Assembly: GCA_018398765.1 (NCBI GenBank)
Contig: JAHBMJ010000477.1
Coordinates: 1-64,000 of the forward strand
Reading direction: 5' to 3'
DNA from: Chromera velia
Lineage: Eukaryota
Length of the DNA: 64,000 nt
Part shown: piece after piece, positions 1 through 12,700 of the stretch
Position numbering within the stretch: position 1 is the stretch's first letter
How the letters are laid out: each line of letters starts with the position of its first letter
Program-made: the position numbers and the translations under genes
Notes under the pieces: generated by a model
What the model was told of the DNA's origin: nothing
What the model saw: the letters and a program-made list of their open reading frames with translations, nothing else
The model's database searches: none

Positions 1-1610
1 GGGGGGGGGGACGGGGGGAGAGCTTTCATGGAGGGGGGGACGTGACGTCTCGGGCAGGTGGAAGGTCTAGCAGGGGCGGGGGGGGGTTCTTTTGAAGGGT
101 AAACAAAAGGTTGGATTGACTTTTCAGGGACAGTCATTCAGTTGAGTGGCTTTAGATTGCGAGAGAGAAAGGGAATGCGAGAGAGAGAGGGAAGGGGGGG
201 AGAGACATCTGAGACTATGTCTCATGAGGTCTCTTCGTCAGTTTTTTATTCTTTTCTCGTCCTCGAGTTTTTTTTTTTGCTGCTTTGCGGCACTGTTCCC
301 TCCTCCTCAGTGGTCTACCTACGTGGGCCTGGGGGTCCTGTCTGACTTTGGGGCTTTCTTTCATACACTACGCGGCCCATCTGTCTACTATTCTTTTCTT
401 GCGTGGGGTAGTCAGAGGTGGGGGGGGTCAAAAAGGTGAGTGGGTGGGGGGTGGGCCTTAGATGCATGCAGTGATGCAAGGACAATGTCGAATTCAGTTT
501 TTTGGTGTTGCCGAGATTCGTTTGAAGGCACGACTTTAGAGGGATGAGGGGTGGAAGAAGACAGAGCCTGTAGAATCATTGAGATTTTTGAGTTCGTTCT
601 TCTGTTCCATCTCCCTCCATCTCTCCACCTGTGAACTGAATAAAGTTCAAAGTGAACACACAAGAGAAGGAGGAGGAGAAGAAGGAATGTAACGGAGAAA
701 GACAATGCTAGACATACTGGTTTTGGGGTGAGATCGGTAGAAGTGGGGGAGGGAGGGAGTAACGGGAAGCAAGCGAGAGCCTTTCGATTTCTCGTTCGCC
801 CTAGCTTCCTCGCGTTTTTTCTTCCCTTCCTGCTCGGCAAAATGCCGAAGTGACGGAAGGACGATCTGGAAGCATGAATGCGAGAGAGAGAAGAAAATGA
901 CAGCTGCGTAGAGAGAGCCTGTCCATCTGCTCCTTCGTTCCTCACTCGAAGCTCTCTCTCTCGATCACGAGGGCAAGTCTCTGAGTTGCGACTTGCTTGT
1001 TTCGCCTGACTTGCAAGCACACTGACTGACTGCTCCCACCCACCCAGTTTACTTCGTCATGAATGGACCAAATGTGATTTTCGTTAAGAGTCCGTCCTTT
1101 GCTCTCTTTTCAACTTTCTAAGTCTCCAACAAGAGGGCATTACAGGATGGAAACTAAAGGACCGAGCCGGGTGGGTGTTCGGGAGGATGAAATTGGAGGA
1201 ATGGAGAGCGACAGAGAAAAGTCCTCCACAGTCTGATCCGAAGTTCTCCTTTTCCCCTTCTTTCTATTCCATTTTGCCTTTCTTTCTTTAATTTTTTCGC
1301 TCGATCGGTCCGTTATCTGGTCTGTTATGATCTCTATGCAACCAATTCTTCTTTCGCATTTGAAACCGGTGCACTTTCTTCTTCTCCTCCCCCTCTTGCA
1401 TGTTATTAATAATCTCATGTGAGAAAGGAAGTGCATCAAGTAAATGCATACATGATGACCCACCAGATGTCGGACCAAAGCACCCTACAACTCTCTTATG
1501 ATTCATCCACTTACGTGCAGAATGGGGAAATGACTGACCGCACCAGTGCGTTCAACTAGCTTGCATTGCTTCATCAAACCAAGCCATGTCACTCCCTTCT
1601 CTCTCTGCCT

Positions 1611-1647
<37 letters not shown>

Positions 1648-2555
1648 CGTAATTCGTCATTTTCATCTAGCTCGATGGACACCCTCCTCTCCATGCCGGC
1701 CAGTCATCATCGCCCTCTCCTCTCTGCCCCCTTTCCGCTGAATTCACCAGGACCAAGAGTCTCACTTCAGCGTGAAAGGCCGATTGAGTCTGTATGTATG
1801 ATAAAATCCATTCGATTGTTCACTTCAATGACCGTGCACCTCTCATTTGTACTCCCTGACTGCCTGGCGGAGGCCCTCTTGGTGCTATCAAGAATTTGAA
1901 GCGCCCGTGTCTGCAGTGATCAGATTGATATTTTGAGAGGCACTTCTCGATCCATTGTTGACTAAACAGTTGAAAACACAATCTGGGTTTGCTTCAAATT
2001 GCTTCACCTGTTACAGCATGCCAGCATGGAAACTAGATTAAAGATTCTTAGTAGGAAGACTAGTACTAGGAAGATTCCCACTGTCTGAATCCCACAAATT
2101 AATGGAAAATCGTAACTTTGAACTTTTAAACCCGCGTTCATAGAATTGGAATAAGTGAAGTTATTTTAAAGCACTGAAAGTATAAGTCGTCCGTCTAACC
2201 TAAAGTCTAACAGGCAACTTTTATTTTAATTTAACTTTTAGTATTACACAAATATTATTTATATTTCATAGACTGTGCAGCACATTTATTATTAAGTATT
2301 GTTCCTATACCATATATGCATACGCGTATAGTCTGTAGTTACACTGCACATCTTCAAGTTTACTAGCTATAGACTAATAGTAGCCGCTTATACTATCTGA
2401 TTCCGTCGCTCCGATAATAATCTGAGACCTATACAGTCTCAGCAGTCTGAGTTACTGGTTAGGTCAGTAGCTCTCTATGGGATAAAGATCATAATGAATC
2501 CCCTGCTAGCTCTGGCGACAGATAGACATAGCGGGAAGGCCCTAGGGCGGAACAT

Positions 2556-2588
<33 letters not shown>

Positions 2589-3556
2589 CCTCTAATTAAA
2601 CGCACTTACAAAATGGGTTTGCATAACTTTTTTCTCAACCTAGCTCTCAAAAGCTTTCAACCAGATTTTCTCAGCTTTTATTTTTTCTGATAAATGTGAT
2701 TATTTTTTATATACTTTAAGGTTTACGGGTGTATTTAAGAGAATACGCAGGAGTCGCTGCTTGCTATTGTTTGACCCAGTTCTTGATGCAGTGTGGAACT
2801 GTTGGTGAATACAACGCCATGTACGTATTCCTCCGACGAACTCTGCTGCATCCAACGTCAATCGACGAACCACCGGTACCACTGGTGGTTCCTTCCACAA
2901 AAGAAACGGATCGAATCATCATAGAGAGGAGGTCAAGAACGACGAACAAAAACTGAGCGAAACAAACGCGCATAAAACCATGCGCCAAGGCTTTGAGTAT
3001 TTGAATTGGTACAAAAGCACGGAGGGGAGAGAAGGAAGGATAGGGGGGAGAGAGGAATTTCTTCCTCTTATTAAACACGTCTTAAACACGAGGGAGAAGT
3101 GGAGACAAAGGGGAGAGAGGACTGAGACCGGAGACACTCTATTCAGGGAACGCCATCAAACCACAGATAGATGAATTGAAGGCATGAACAAAAAAGAATT
3201 AATGCACAAAAGAGGGAACGGGCGTATGCATGCAGCTACTTAGAAAGAAGGCTGGAAGAAGACGAAACCGCTAATCCGATCTCCTGCCTTTGCTCTCTTC
3301 CAAGAAAACCAGGAAAATGGGCGAAATCGTTCGGAAGATCCGAACACTCGATGCAGAAATGAAAAACAAACACACAAAGAAGGAAAGACAGAAAGAAAGG
3401 AAGAAAGGAAGGAAGAAAGAAAGAAAAGAGAAGCTTCCCAACCGCTCCGACCCTTTTGTGTAACACGAAAGAGAGAGATACAGATACAAAGAAGATATTA
3501 CTACAAGAGAGACAAACAAGCAGACAGAGGAAAAGGACTAATCAACGGTGGAAAAG

Positions 3557-3592
<36 letters not shown>

Positions 3593-3924
3593 GATTGAGG
3601 ACACATACACATTGTGAGGAATATGAGAGAGAAGCACCGATATGTATGACGACGACGCATAAAGGGAAGAAAGAAAGGAGCCATTGTAAGAAGGAAGATC
3701 AGCAGGAAGCTTGGAAGGAAGCGCGGGGAAGAAAAATGAGAAGGCATAACGAGGAAGGAAAGAAAGAAAGAAGAAAGTCGAACCTTCAAACCGTCTATGC
3801 AGCCTTGCAAATGTACAACGTACAACAGACAGCACGCTGACTGACTGTCTTTCGCAAGGCCTTCGATCGATCGATCGATTCATCCATTCGGCTGGTGTTT
3901 GGTTGGTGAAATCTTCCTTCTGTT

Positions 3925-4120
3925 TGGACTGGGGGGAGAGGCATTGTTTGGATCATTCATTTGAACTGGGAGGGGAAGAAGCATTGTTTGGATCATTCAT
4001 TTGAACTGGGAGGGGGAGAAGCATTGTGTTTGGATCATTCATTTGAACTGGGAGGGGGAGAAGCATTGTTTGGATCATTCATTTGAACTGGGAGGGGAAG
4101 AAGCATTGTTTGGATCATTC
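3925..4120. repeat. 40-bp tandem minisatellite, about 4.5 copies
   Basis: Unit GCATTGTTTGGATCATTCATTTGAACTGGGAGGGG(A/G)AGAA starts at 3941, 3981, 4021 (with a TG insertion), 4063 and 4103 (partial). It lies just 3' of the minus-strand gene stop at 4202. Confidence 0.95.
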
Positions 4121-4201
4121 TGCCGACCGCCCCCCCACCCACTAATCCCCCCACTGCTCTCAATCAATCAATCTGATTCACTCTCTGTCTCTCTCAATCA
4201 T

Positions 4202-6780
4202 TCATTCCTCGATGAGATTCTCTCCAGGTACCACTACTTCGATGATTCGGGACGGCGGCAACCGAAGGGGGCAAAGGGACACAGGACTAGTGCATCCCCC
4301 ACTTTCTCGTTCTCCCTCTACACCCGAACCAGAAGGAGAAGGCGAAGAGGGCCGGCTGCGTATCACCACCGTCTCGGACTGAGCCGTCTGTCTGACAGAC
4401 GTCGGACTGCTTGCAATTTGGCTAGACGAACCCTGGCCGTGAGAGGCCCCCCCCTCCCTTTCTCCACAACGGTCTGACAGGGAGGAGGGTTTTCCTCTCA
4501 GAGGGGAACCGGGGGGTTCTCCTGCGTCCCGATTTGTGTTGATGGGCGCAGATCTTCGCTGAGACAACCGAAGGATCTCTGCAATCAGAAGGCCCATAGA
4601 AGATCGAAACCTGAAGGGACCTGCAACGACGAAGTTGACAGCCGGGGGGGGGTGAGCGGAGACGAAGTCTGCTGCGGCTGTTGCCTTGACACTCCCCCTT
4701 TCTTCCTCCTTGCTCTGCAGGACCTTGGAGGATTCTGCTCGCTCTGTGGAGTCCTCGCCCCTTCTAACGGGAGCATCAGGAACACCTTCAGAAACCGTGC
4801 ACGCACACGCAGCGGGTACGCTTGGGGATTTTTCCTTTTCGCCTTCAGTGTGTGCGAGATGCAGAGAGGAGGGGGCTGTTGAAAGTGGAAGTGGGAGAGG
4901 GAGAGGAAAACCCAAAATAGAGACGATCTCACTTGCAGATGGAATCTGGTCACGAAGAGCCCATCCTAGTGGGGCTTCATCAGTGAGACAGAAGATGCAT
5001 TGGAGACGATCGGGAAATGCTGCGGCTGCTCTTTCAATCTCGGCCCGGAAGGGAAAGTCCCAAGGACCAACAGAGGACGCAATCACTGTCAACTTTGGAT
5101 ACATACTCTTTTTCCTCTGACCGTCTTCTGTCTCTCCCTCCTCCCCTTTTCCCTCACCCCATTCACCCTGTTTCTGAGTCTCTTTCAATCCCCCTTTTCC
5201 TTTTTTGTCCTCTTCAAGTTCTCTTTCCAGTGATGTGCAGAACGAATGGACCAGGTGGACTGCCACCAGAAGGCCCGAACTGTTCCGACCGTCAGCTGAG
5301 CACAGAACAACAATGCGGCCCCCAAACGAATTCGTCTTAGGAGGAACAGAAGGCAAACTGGCTCTCGGGTTCTGAACCACTCCTTGCGCAGTGGTGTCCT
5401 CTTCGCTCTCTTGATCTCTGTTTCTGCTGATCTCGGGAGGGGAGAGTGAATTCCCCCCGACGGAGGACTCACAGGCCGACCCCTGGGGAAGGGGGTGGGG
5501 TGGGGTGCAGGGTGTGCTGCTGGAGAGGAAGGCAGAAGAGGAGGCAAAGTCGAAGTGAGGAAGCGGGACCCCCAGAGGACCCCGGAAGAAAACCTCAGCG
5601 CCTGCACACGCACACACACAGAGGGGGAGAGGGAGGGTTCATATGAGGGGGAGATAGAGCACAGAGCAACTCTCGCTTCCCGTCTTTCTGTCTGTCTGTG
5701 CATTCCACTAACGTGCCACTGAATTCAGTGCAGAGGCGCACGAGAAGAGAAAAAAAAACAGATAAACAACGCATTCCATTCAACGACGGCAATTCATCGC
5801 TTCGAGCAGGCCGAAGTACGAAGGTGCATGTTGAAACAAAACGACGACGACAACGGTGTTGCAAAGAAAATCGGGAGGGCCTCCATCTCTCGCTCTCTCG
5901 AGCAGCACACAAACGGAGGACAGAGGGAATGAAGGGCGAGGGAGGAGGCACGCAGGAACCAACGTCCCCCCCCGGGGACCAAAAAACCTTCATTCTTTTG
6001 ACTGACCGAGGGGGAGCGAGTTCAGGGTCTCGAACAGAGAGTCCCCCATCTGAGCTTGTGCAGGAAAATCCAAAAAGTTTTCGCTTTCAAGGGACACTGA
6101 CACGAACATCCCTTTCAGTTTGACCAGTCGTCTCAAGGAGGAGGAGGACGAAGACCGTTCGCACCCTCCCCCCATGTCTGTCTCTCCATCCCCATACGGT
6201 GTAGGGGATACAGCTGTCAAATGGAAGTAATCACTCCCATCTGCTCCCCCTCTCCCTGCTAGTTCACTGCTCTCTTTTCTAAGTCCTCGAAGAGATCTAC
6301 ATGGGGTCCTTTGTTGCATTCCACGTCCAGTCCTGCTTTCCCTCTCTGCCCCTTCCCTGCTGGTGAAGAGGTCCTCGTCAGCCCATGCAGAACATGTCTG
6401 GGGCATCTCTACGGCAAGCTCGTAGAAGAAACGCATCCCCCCCCCACTCGGGCCCCGATTGCCCCCCGCTTCCTTCGATTCTTCCTCCTTCATTTTGGGC
6501 GAAAGGGAAACGAGTCGAAAAATGGCAGCAACAGGAAGAGGCTCTTCCTCCTCGTCGTCCTGTTCAGAGACCTTCAGAGACCCCGACGGCCCAACACATG
6601 CTTTCTCTGTGCACTGCCTATCCCCTGTTTCCTCCTTTTCTTTGGGGGAAGGCTGTCCGGCATGGGGGGCAGAATCTTCCTTCTGCTCTTCTTGCTTCTT
6701 TTGGCTTTCGGTGGTGGTGCACTTTGGTTGGTGACAGAGAAACTTGTCAATCAACACAGCGGGACGCCAAAGGGGTTTGT
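4202..6780 (-). other. Cytochrome b5 reductase / FNR-like domain, degenerate and interrupted by low-complexity inserts
   Basis: Motifs FPAQAQMGDSLFETLNSLPLGAEVFFRGPLG, PKLTVIASSVGPWDFPFRAEIERAAAAFPDRLQCIFCLTDEAPLGW and VNFVVAGPFRF occur in b5R/FNR order. The RxYT and GGTGITP motifs are degenerate. Confidence 0.75.
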
Positions 6781-9700
6781 TTGAGGGAGTGGAAGGGGAA
6801 GGGCTCGGAGTGATCTTCTCCTCCTGACATGATGACGCACAAGCACGGGGGGGAGTGTCGTTGCCTTTTTCTCCCGTGTTCTCTTTGTCTTCTTTGGTTA
6901 TTGAATTGAATAAGGGGGCAGGGGCAGAGGGGGAAGCACACGGTAAAGGGGGAGGTGGTGGGGGGCTCGGAGGGATGACGATGTGACTTGAAGCTTCATG
7001 GGCTTTCTTCTGGTTTCCTTTTTCTTTCTCTCTCTCTTTGTGAGCAGGTTCGGATTCCTTTCCCTTCTTTTCCTTTTTCTTCTTCGCCTTTTTGACTGCC
7101 CCACCACCATCGTCGGAGGAGTGGATCGTCGCGGGAGAGCCTGAGGAGGTCGTCTTCTTCAGATTCTGTTCGATCGGAGCGGACGGATCCGCAGCAGCCG
7201 AAGGGGCTACAGAGGAAGCAGAGGGCTCTGTGGAAATGATTGGAGCGAGAAAAGGCGAAAGTTTCTGCGACTGCGCAGAAGGAGACGGAGAAAAAAATGA
7301 ATTCGAGACTGCGCCCGGAGAGCGGAGAAGCGGCTTAGAAGAAGGTAACCAAAGAAGGTCGCCCCCTCCGTCCTTTTCCTTCGATGCATTTCCGCTACTG
7401 CTCCCCTCTCCCTCTTCTCTGGCGGCTGAACTTTGTCTGCTTGTCCCCACTCCAACTCTCTGCAAAAGCTTTCTTGTCAAGCGCACAGAGTGGGATGGAG
7501 AGCTGGAGGAGTTCAACTCACTGGGTGACTCCGTCCCCAGCAGCATTTTCTCAGGCGTGATGCCCCCTTTTGATGACCCAAACGGAAACGAGAACCGTCT
7601 GTCTGCACCACTCGGAGGAGTCTGGTCATTCGGGGGAAAATTGAGGACTATGCCGGGGAGATGGGGGGGGAACGTCTGCTCCTTCCCTTTGGAGACAGAC
7701 CGGAATAGGGGAAGCTCTGCACTTGAGAAGGTCTTGGATCTTTGTGGCGGATCGTCCGCAAGAGACGACTGACGTGGGGGGAAACAGCTCAACCTTTCAC
7801 GCGGAGCTCTTGCAGTACGCTTTCCCTCCCCCCCATCCTTTGCCTCCTCGTTACGACACGGAGAGTGGACCACTCCGGGATTCGGGCTTTTGAGAGGTGT
7901 TGCACGGATGTGCATTGGGTCAAGCGGCATTCCCCCTTCTGCCCCCCCCTCTCTGGCACTTCCACTATCGGATGACGAGGGCAAGGGGGAAGGGTCTGCA
8001 TCGCCCCCTTTGGAGGAGGAGGACGCACCGCCCCCGACGCTGTCCGCATCTTCTGCAGACGTCCGCACCCCCTTTCGCGATTCTTCGCTCTCTGCATCTC
8101 GATCGCCCTCTCCGTCTCCCTCATCGCCCTTTCGGGGCCTCGGCGCCCTTTCTCTACTCCTACCTTCTCTCTCCCCTCCCGTCCCTCCCCCCTGAGTCCC
8201 GGCAGAAGACCGTCGTTCTTCCTGACTGTGTGAACTCTCGGATGAGCCTCTCACAAGAGTAGGGGGTTGAGGCAGAATGCCACTGGAGGGAGCAGCGGAA
8301 GAGGAAGAGTTCGAAGAATGGGACATGGAAGGCAAGGAGACATCATGCACGGGCTTCCGGGATTTGGTGCCCGAGCTGCTGCTACTGCTGCTGCTGTCCG
8401 TGGTCACCGATCTATCCCGTCTTGTTGCCTCCTCTCCTTTCTCCGTGGACGATCCGTTCTCTGTCTCCTCGTCAACCTCCGCCAAAGCGGGGAGACATCC
8501 AAATCCCGGGGCTGTCAGCCGCTTCTGACCTCCTCCACGCATACGAAGAGAAAGAGACGGCGACGAGGACCCAATATCCCCCCCACGCAAACCCGCAGCT
8601 ATGCCCCCGACGCTGGAGTCTCCGGCCGAGGAGGGGGACGCACACGTTCGGGAATACCCCCCACCCGTGGAAGAGAAAGAGGAGGACAGACCTTCCTCGA
8701 GCCCCGTCTCAGAGACTAGAACTATCCCCTCGGGCTCGGCAGTAGCACCCCCGTCCCACGACAGGACGACCCCTTTCCCCATCTTGCTCATTTTCCGGCG
8801 ACGCCAAGCCAACCACAGCAAGCTGACGGCAGCTACAGCGAGAGTACGGGAGTCTGTGGAAAAGAATCCAGTCTGCGCAATCAAGCCATGCACACGCACA
8901 GATCAAGCTCTGAAACACACATATGCAAATGAACATTCACGTGAGGTCACATGCTCAGACAACGACGACGCAGACACGTCCTATTGAGATACCCACAGAA
9001 GAAAAAACGCGGAACACCCACCCACAGAAATGGAGGACCCCGAGCGACCGGTCAAAAAGAGAGGGGGCGAAAAAAAGACGCATGCAGTTACGTGAATACA
9101 AACGACGGGGGACGGGGCGAGCGAAGGAAACCAGTAAGTCGACACCTTGAGAGACAAACGAGTCTACGTTGCAATCGCTTCATTCCTTTCCGTGTGACTC
9201 CATGTCTTTCTTTCACCTCTACCGATGCACTCCCTCACTCACCCTCCACTGGATCTTCGTCTTTCGTTGTTCCTCCTTGTTTGCCTGGAAGTGCCTTGGC
9301 TTGCTCTCTCTCACCGGGAGGGTATTCAACGAAAGCCCATCAGCTCTACTCCTTGACTCCTTCTCAACGCTTGTTTGAGGAGGACATGAGGTTCCCGCAG
9401 GCAAGGGGGGGATTTGGGCCTGAAGGAATTCCTCGCCTACTTCGAATTCCGTCAACTGAGGAGAAGCCTCCTGGACTTCTTCTTCGTCTTCCCGCTCTTC
9501 GTCTACCTTCTCCTCATGGCAATCCCCCCTTCTCCCCTCCTGCTCGTCTTCCTCACACTGTCCACTTTCACTTCGCCTCTCATGAGGAGCCAGCAGGGAA
9601 GGTGGCACCAGCAGCCGCTTCCCTCCCCGATTGATTTTTCTGGCCCTCAGACGAGGACTGAGACGAGAAAGACAGGGTACGCTCTTCAGGTGGGGGGATA

Positions 9701-12700
9701 CAAGACCAGAGCGGGTGGGGTCATCGTAGTGGAGCGCGTGAGAGGCACACAAGGTAAGGAGACTCTCAGGGACCGTGGAGGACCTCTGCCTCCCTCCTTC
9801 CCCTACTGCTGCTGCTACAGGCGGACGGTGGAAAAGAGGTCTCAGGCGGGCAAACGCCTCGGCATCTGCCTCGCTCCTACCAAATCTAGGTGGCCTGTTT
9901 TCTCCCCCTTCCCCTTTTCCTCTCGCGTTTGGGGGCGCCACGTTTGAAGGCTTTGCTGAAGAGGAAGAGGACAGATCTCCCACCCCATGCAACCGATTTA
10001 ACAAGATCAATGTGCGGGACGAGGGCGTCCGCCCCTCTTCTACAGGAGGGCTGGAGGCTGCATTTTGGGGGTGGGGCAAAGAGCTGAGGGAAGATAACGA
10101 TGGATCTCCTCTGACAGGCAATCGGATTCGAGGGCTTGTCTCACCACCCAGCGCATCCGCTGAAACTAATGCGGCGGCACTTTCAGAAGCGGACCTTTCC
10201 CGTCTGAACGTATTCCCTTTTCTGCTCCACTCTGCAGGAGGGCCCCCATCTTCTTGCGGACCCTCTCTCCTCTCGGGCGCTCCCGTACACTCCTCCCCCG
10301 ACTTCTCCGTTTCTTCGTTGGAGACGAGGAAACGGCGCAGGCGGACTGAGGGGGAAGAATCCTTCCGGGGGAGGCTGATGCTGCTGCTGCTACTAGGGAG
10401 ATCTCCCAAGCTTTGCGTAACCTGAAGACCAAACTCGGCCCCCTCTCTGTCCCCCTCCATTTCGTCATCCCCATCAAGAAAGAAGCCCAAAGTGCCCCCC
10501 ATCGGAACAGATTGATCCTTCTGGAGAGGGTCTAACAGGCCCCCCTCTGCTCTGAGTTTGGGAGACGGGGCAATAGAAGAGAAAGGGGACTCGATCGATA
10601 CAGCCCACCCACCCATCTCCATCCTGCCAACCGACGGCCCCCCATCTACTTTCCCCCCACCCTCTAGTAGGAGCAGAGACCCGTCCTCCACGGCCAACCG
10701 GCCGGGGTATGTGTGGTGGTGGTGATGGTGATGCATCGACCGTCCTGACTGCTGCTGCGTTGTTGGTTCCTCTACGCCTAGACTTCCTCTGTCTCTGCCT
10801 GACAGGGAAGGCGAAGCATCCAACGCAAACCCACACGCGAGGGGGGTGGATTCATCTGCCCCCTCAAGGGCCCCGTGTAGTAGACCCTGAACCAGTGGAG
10901 ACGAGGAGACAGTCGGCAAACCACCGACCCCTCCTCCCGGTTCTGTCCGGAGCTTCCCTCTAGATCGGCCCCCCACACCGCCTCTTTCCGTCTCACGATG
11001 GAAAAGAAGACGACGGTAGAGCCTCAAATCAGGCACATGTCCCGCAACTGCACGGGCAGTCATCGCATCCCTCACGAGAGGAGGGACGGAAATTCCTTGT
11101 GTCCAGGGGTGTCGCAAGGCTTCCATTGGGGTAGCACGTCTGCCTGCATTTCTCCAAAGACACCATCTGCAGATGTCAATGGCCTCAGGGGAGACGCGAT
11201 CCCAAATGAGGTCGTCTTTGGGAGAGAACGACAGAGGCTTCTCCTTGATTGCTCTGACCAGAGATTCCTTTGTGGGCGCGTCAAAGGGAAGAAACCCCGT
11301 GAGCATGTAGTGCAGACACACACCCGCACTCCACACATCTACCTCAGCACCGTAGTCACCTGCGGTAACTTCAGGCGCGATGAATCGGGGGTTTCCTGCA
11401 CACAGAGGTCCGGGAAGAGACAACAAGGATCATCAGAGAAACAAACACCGACAAAACGCTTCGCACACCTGTGTCGAGTGTCGCAAAGAACATTTTGATG
11501 CAGTCCACCTCCAATAAAAAGAACAAGCAAGCGCATGAATCTCGGGAGAGTAAACAGGAATGAGCTTTTCTATCTCGGCCCATTGAACGCTTCAAATACG
11601 GTCGAATATTCCTTTTTGTTTATCTGTAGACACTGCAGTGATCGGTCACTCACTCACCAGCGGGAGTCATCAGTCCGTCAGTCTCGCCCCTCTTCGCAAT
11701 GTTGAAGTCGATCAGTTTTAGCTCGGCAGTCTTGGGGTCACGTGAAGACAGAAGGACGTTGGACAATGACACGTCCCGATGGGTAATGTTCTGCTGCCGC
11801 AGGTACACCAACACATCCATCAACTGACGGAAGAGCCGTCGGGCCTCTCCCTCCGTCATCCGACGGACTGTCTTTGTCCCAGGCTGGTCTCCATGACTCA
11901 AAATGGTCGTTGTGGTGCCCCCACACTGTGAGACTGCGTTTTCGAGAGAAGGACCCTCGACGAGTTCCATGAGGATATGAACATCCCCTGTGACTTTGGA
12001 TAAGTCTAAAAACTCACACACCTTCACGATGTTCGGATGATCCAATTCTCTCATGATCTCAAATTCGGCTAGCGTCGTGTCCAGCATCTCTTCATCTAGG
12101 GCCGTGACCGTCTTGAGTGCGTACAGGGAGCCTGTCGCTCGGCACAGAACGCGGCGCACAACGGCAGAACACCCCTCTCCCATTTTTTCCAGAATGGTAA
12201 AGCGGTTGGCGAGAGAATGTGGGTGTCTTTGCATGTTGTTGCAATTATCCAAGACGGACAAACCGCGAGTTGGCACAGCTAGCTGACTCTCCCCATCCTC
12301 CGTCCCCCCACAGCCGCCTGTTTTCAAGGGAAGAGGCAGAAAGAGCGAGTGGTCTTCTCCCCGTGTGAAGGCGGCAGGGAAAGTCATGCATCCTCCTCCT
12401 AGGTGTTTCCCCGGAAGAGGCCCTCCTCTTCCTTTCGTGTCAACAGACAGGGATCCGATCAAACGCCGGCGTGAGAGCCCGTCGGCAGGTGTGGCTGCAA
12501 AAGTGTGCACGGGCTCTCGTGACTGTGCAACAGGGGAGACGGAGGAGATGCGTAAAGACGGCGGGAGTTTCACGTGCCTGGGATCTCGGATGATTAGGGA
12601 TCGAGACACTAATCCACTGGAAGACGCAGCGTCTGTCATCAAGTGGGAGTACGGGCAGGTGGTCTGGGCACGGTGAGATAGGGAAAGCTCGAGGGGCCAG

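Noticed and set aside
1..2000. ORFs 412-1020 (-), 1140-1478 (-) and 1546-1899 (+)
   Set aside because: No recognisable domain or consistent splice chain. Probably UTR or intron of a gene extending beyond the window.
3925..4120. CRISPR-like 40-bp repeat
   Set aside because: Head-to-tail tandem repeat without spacers.
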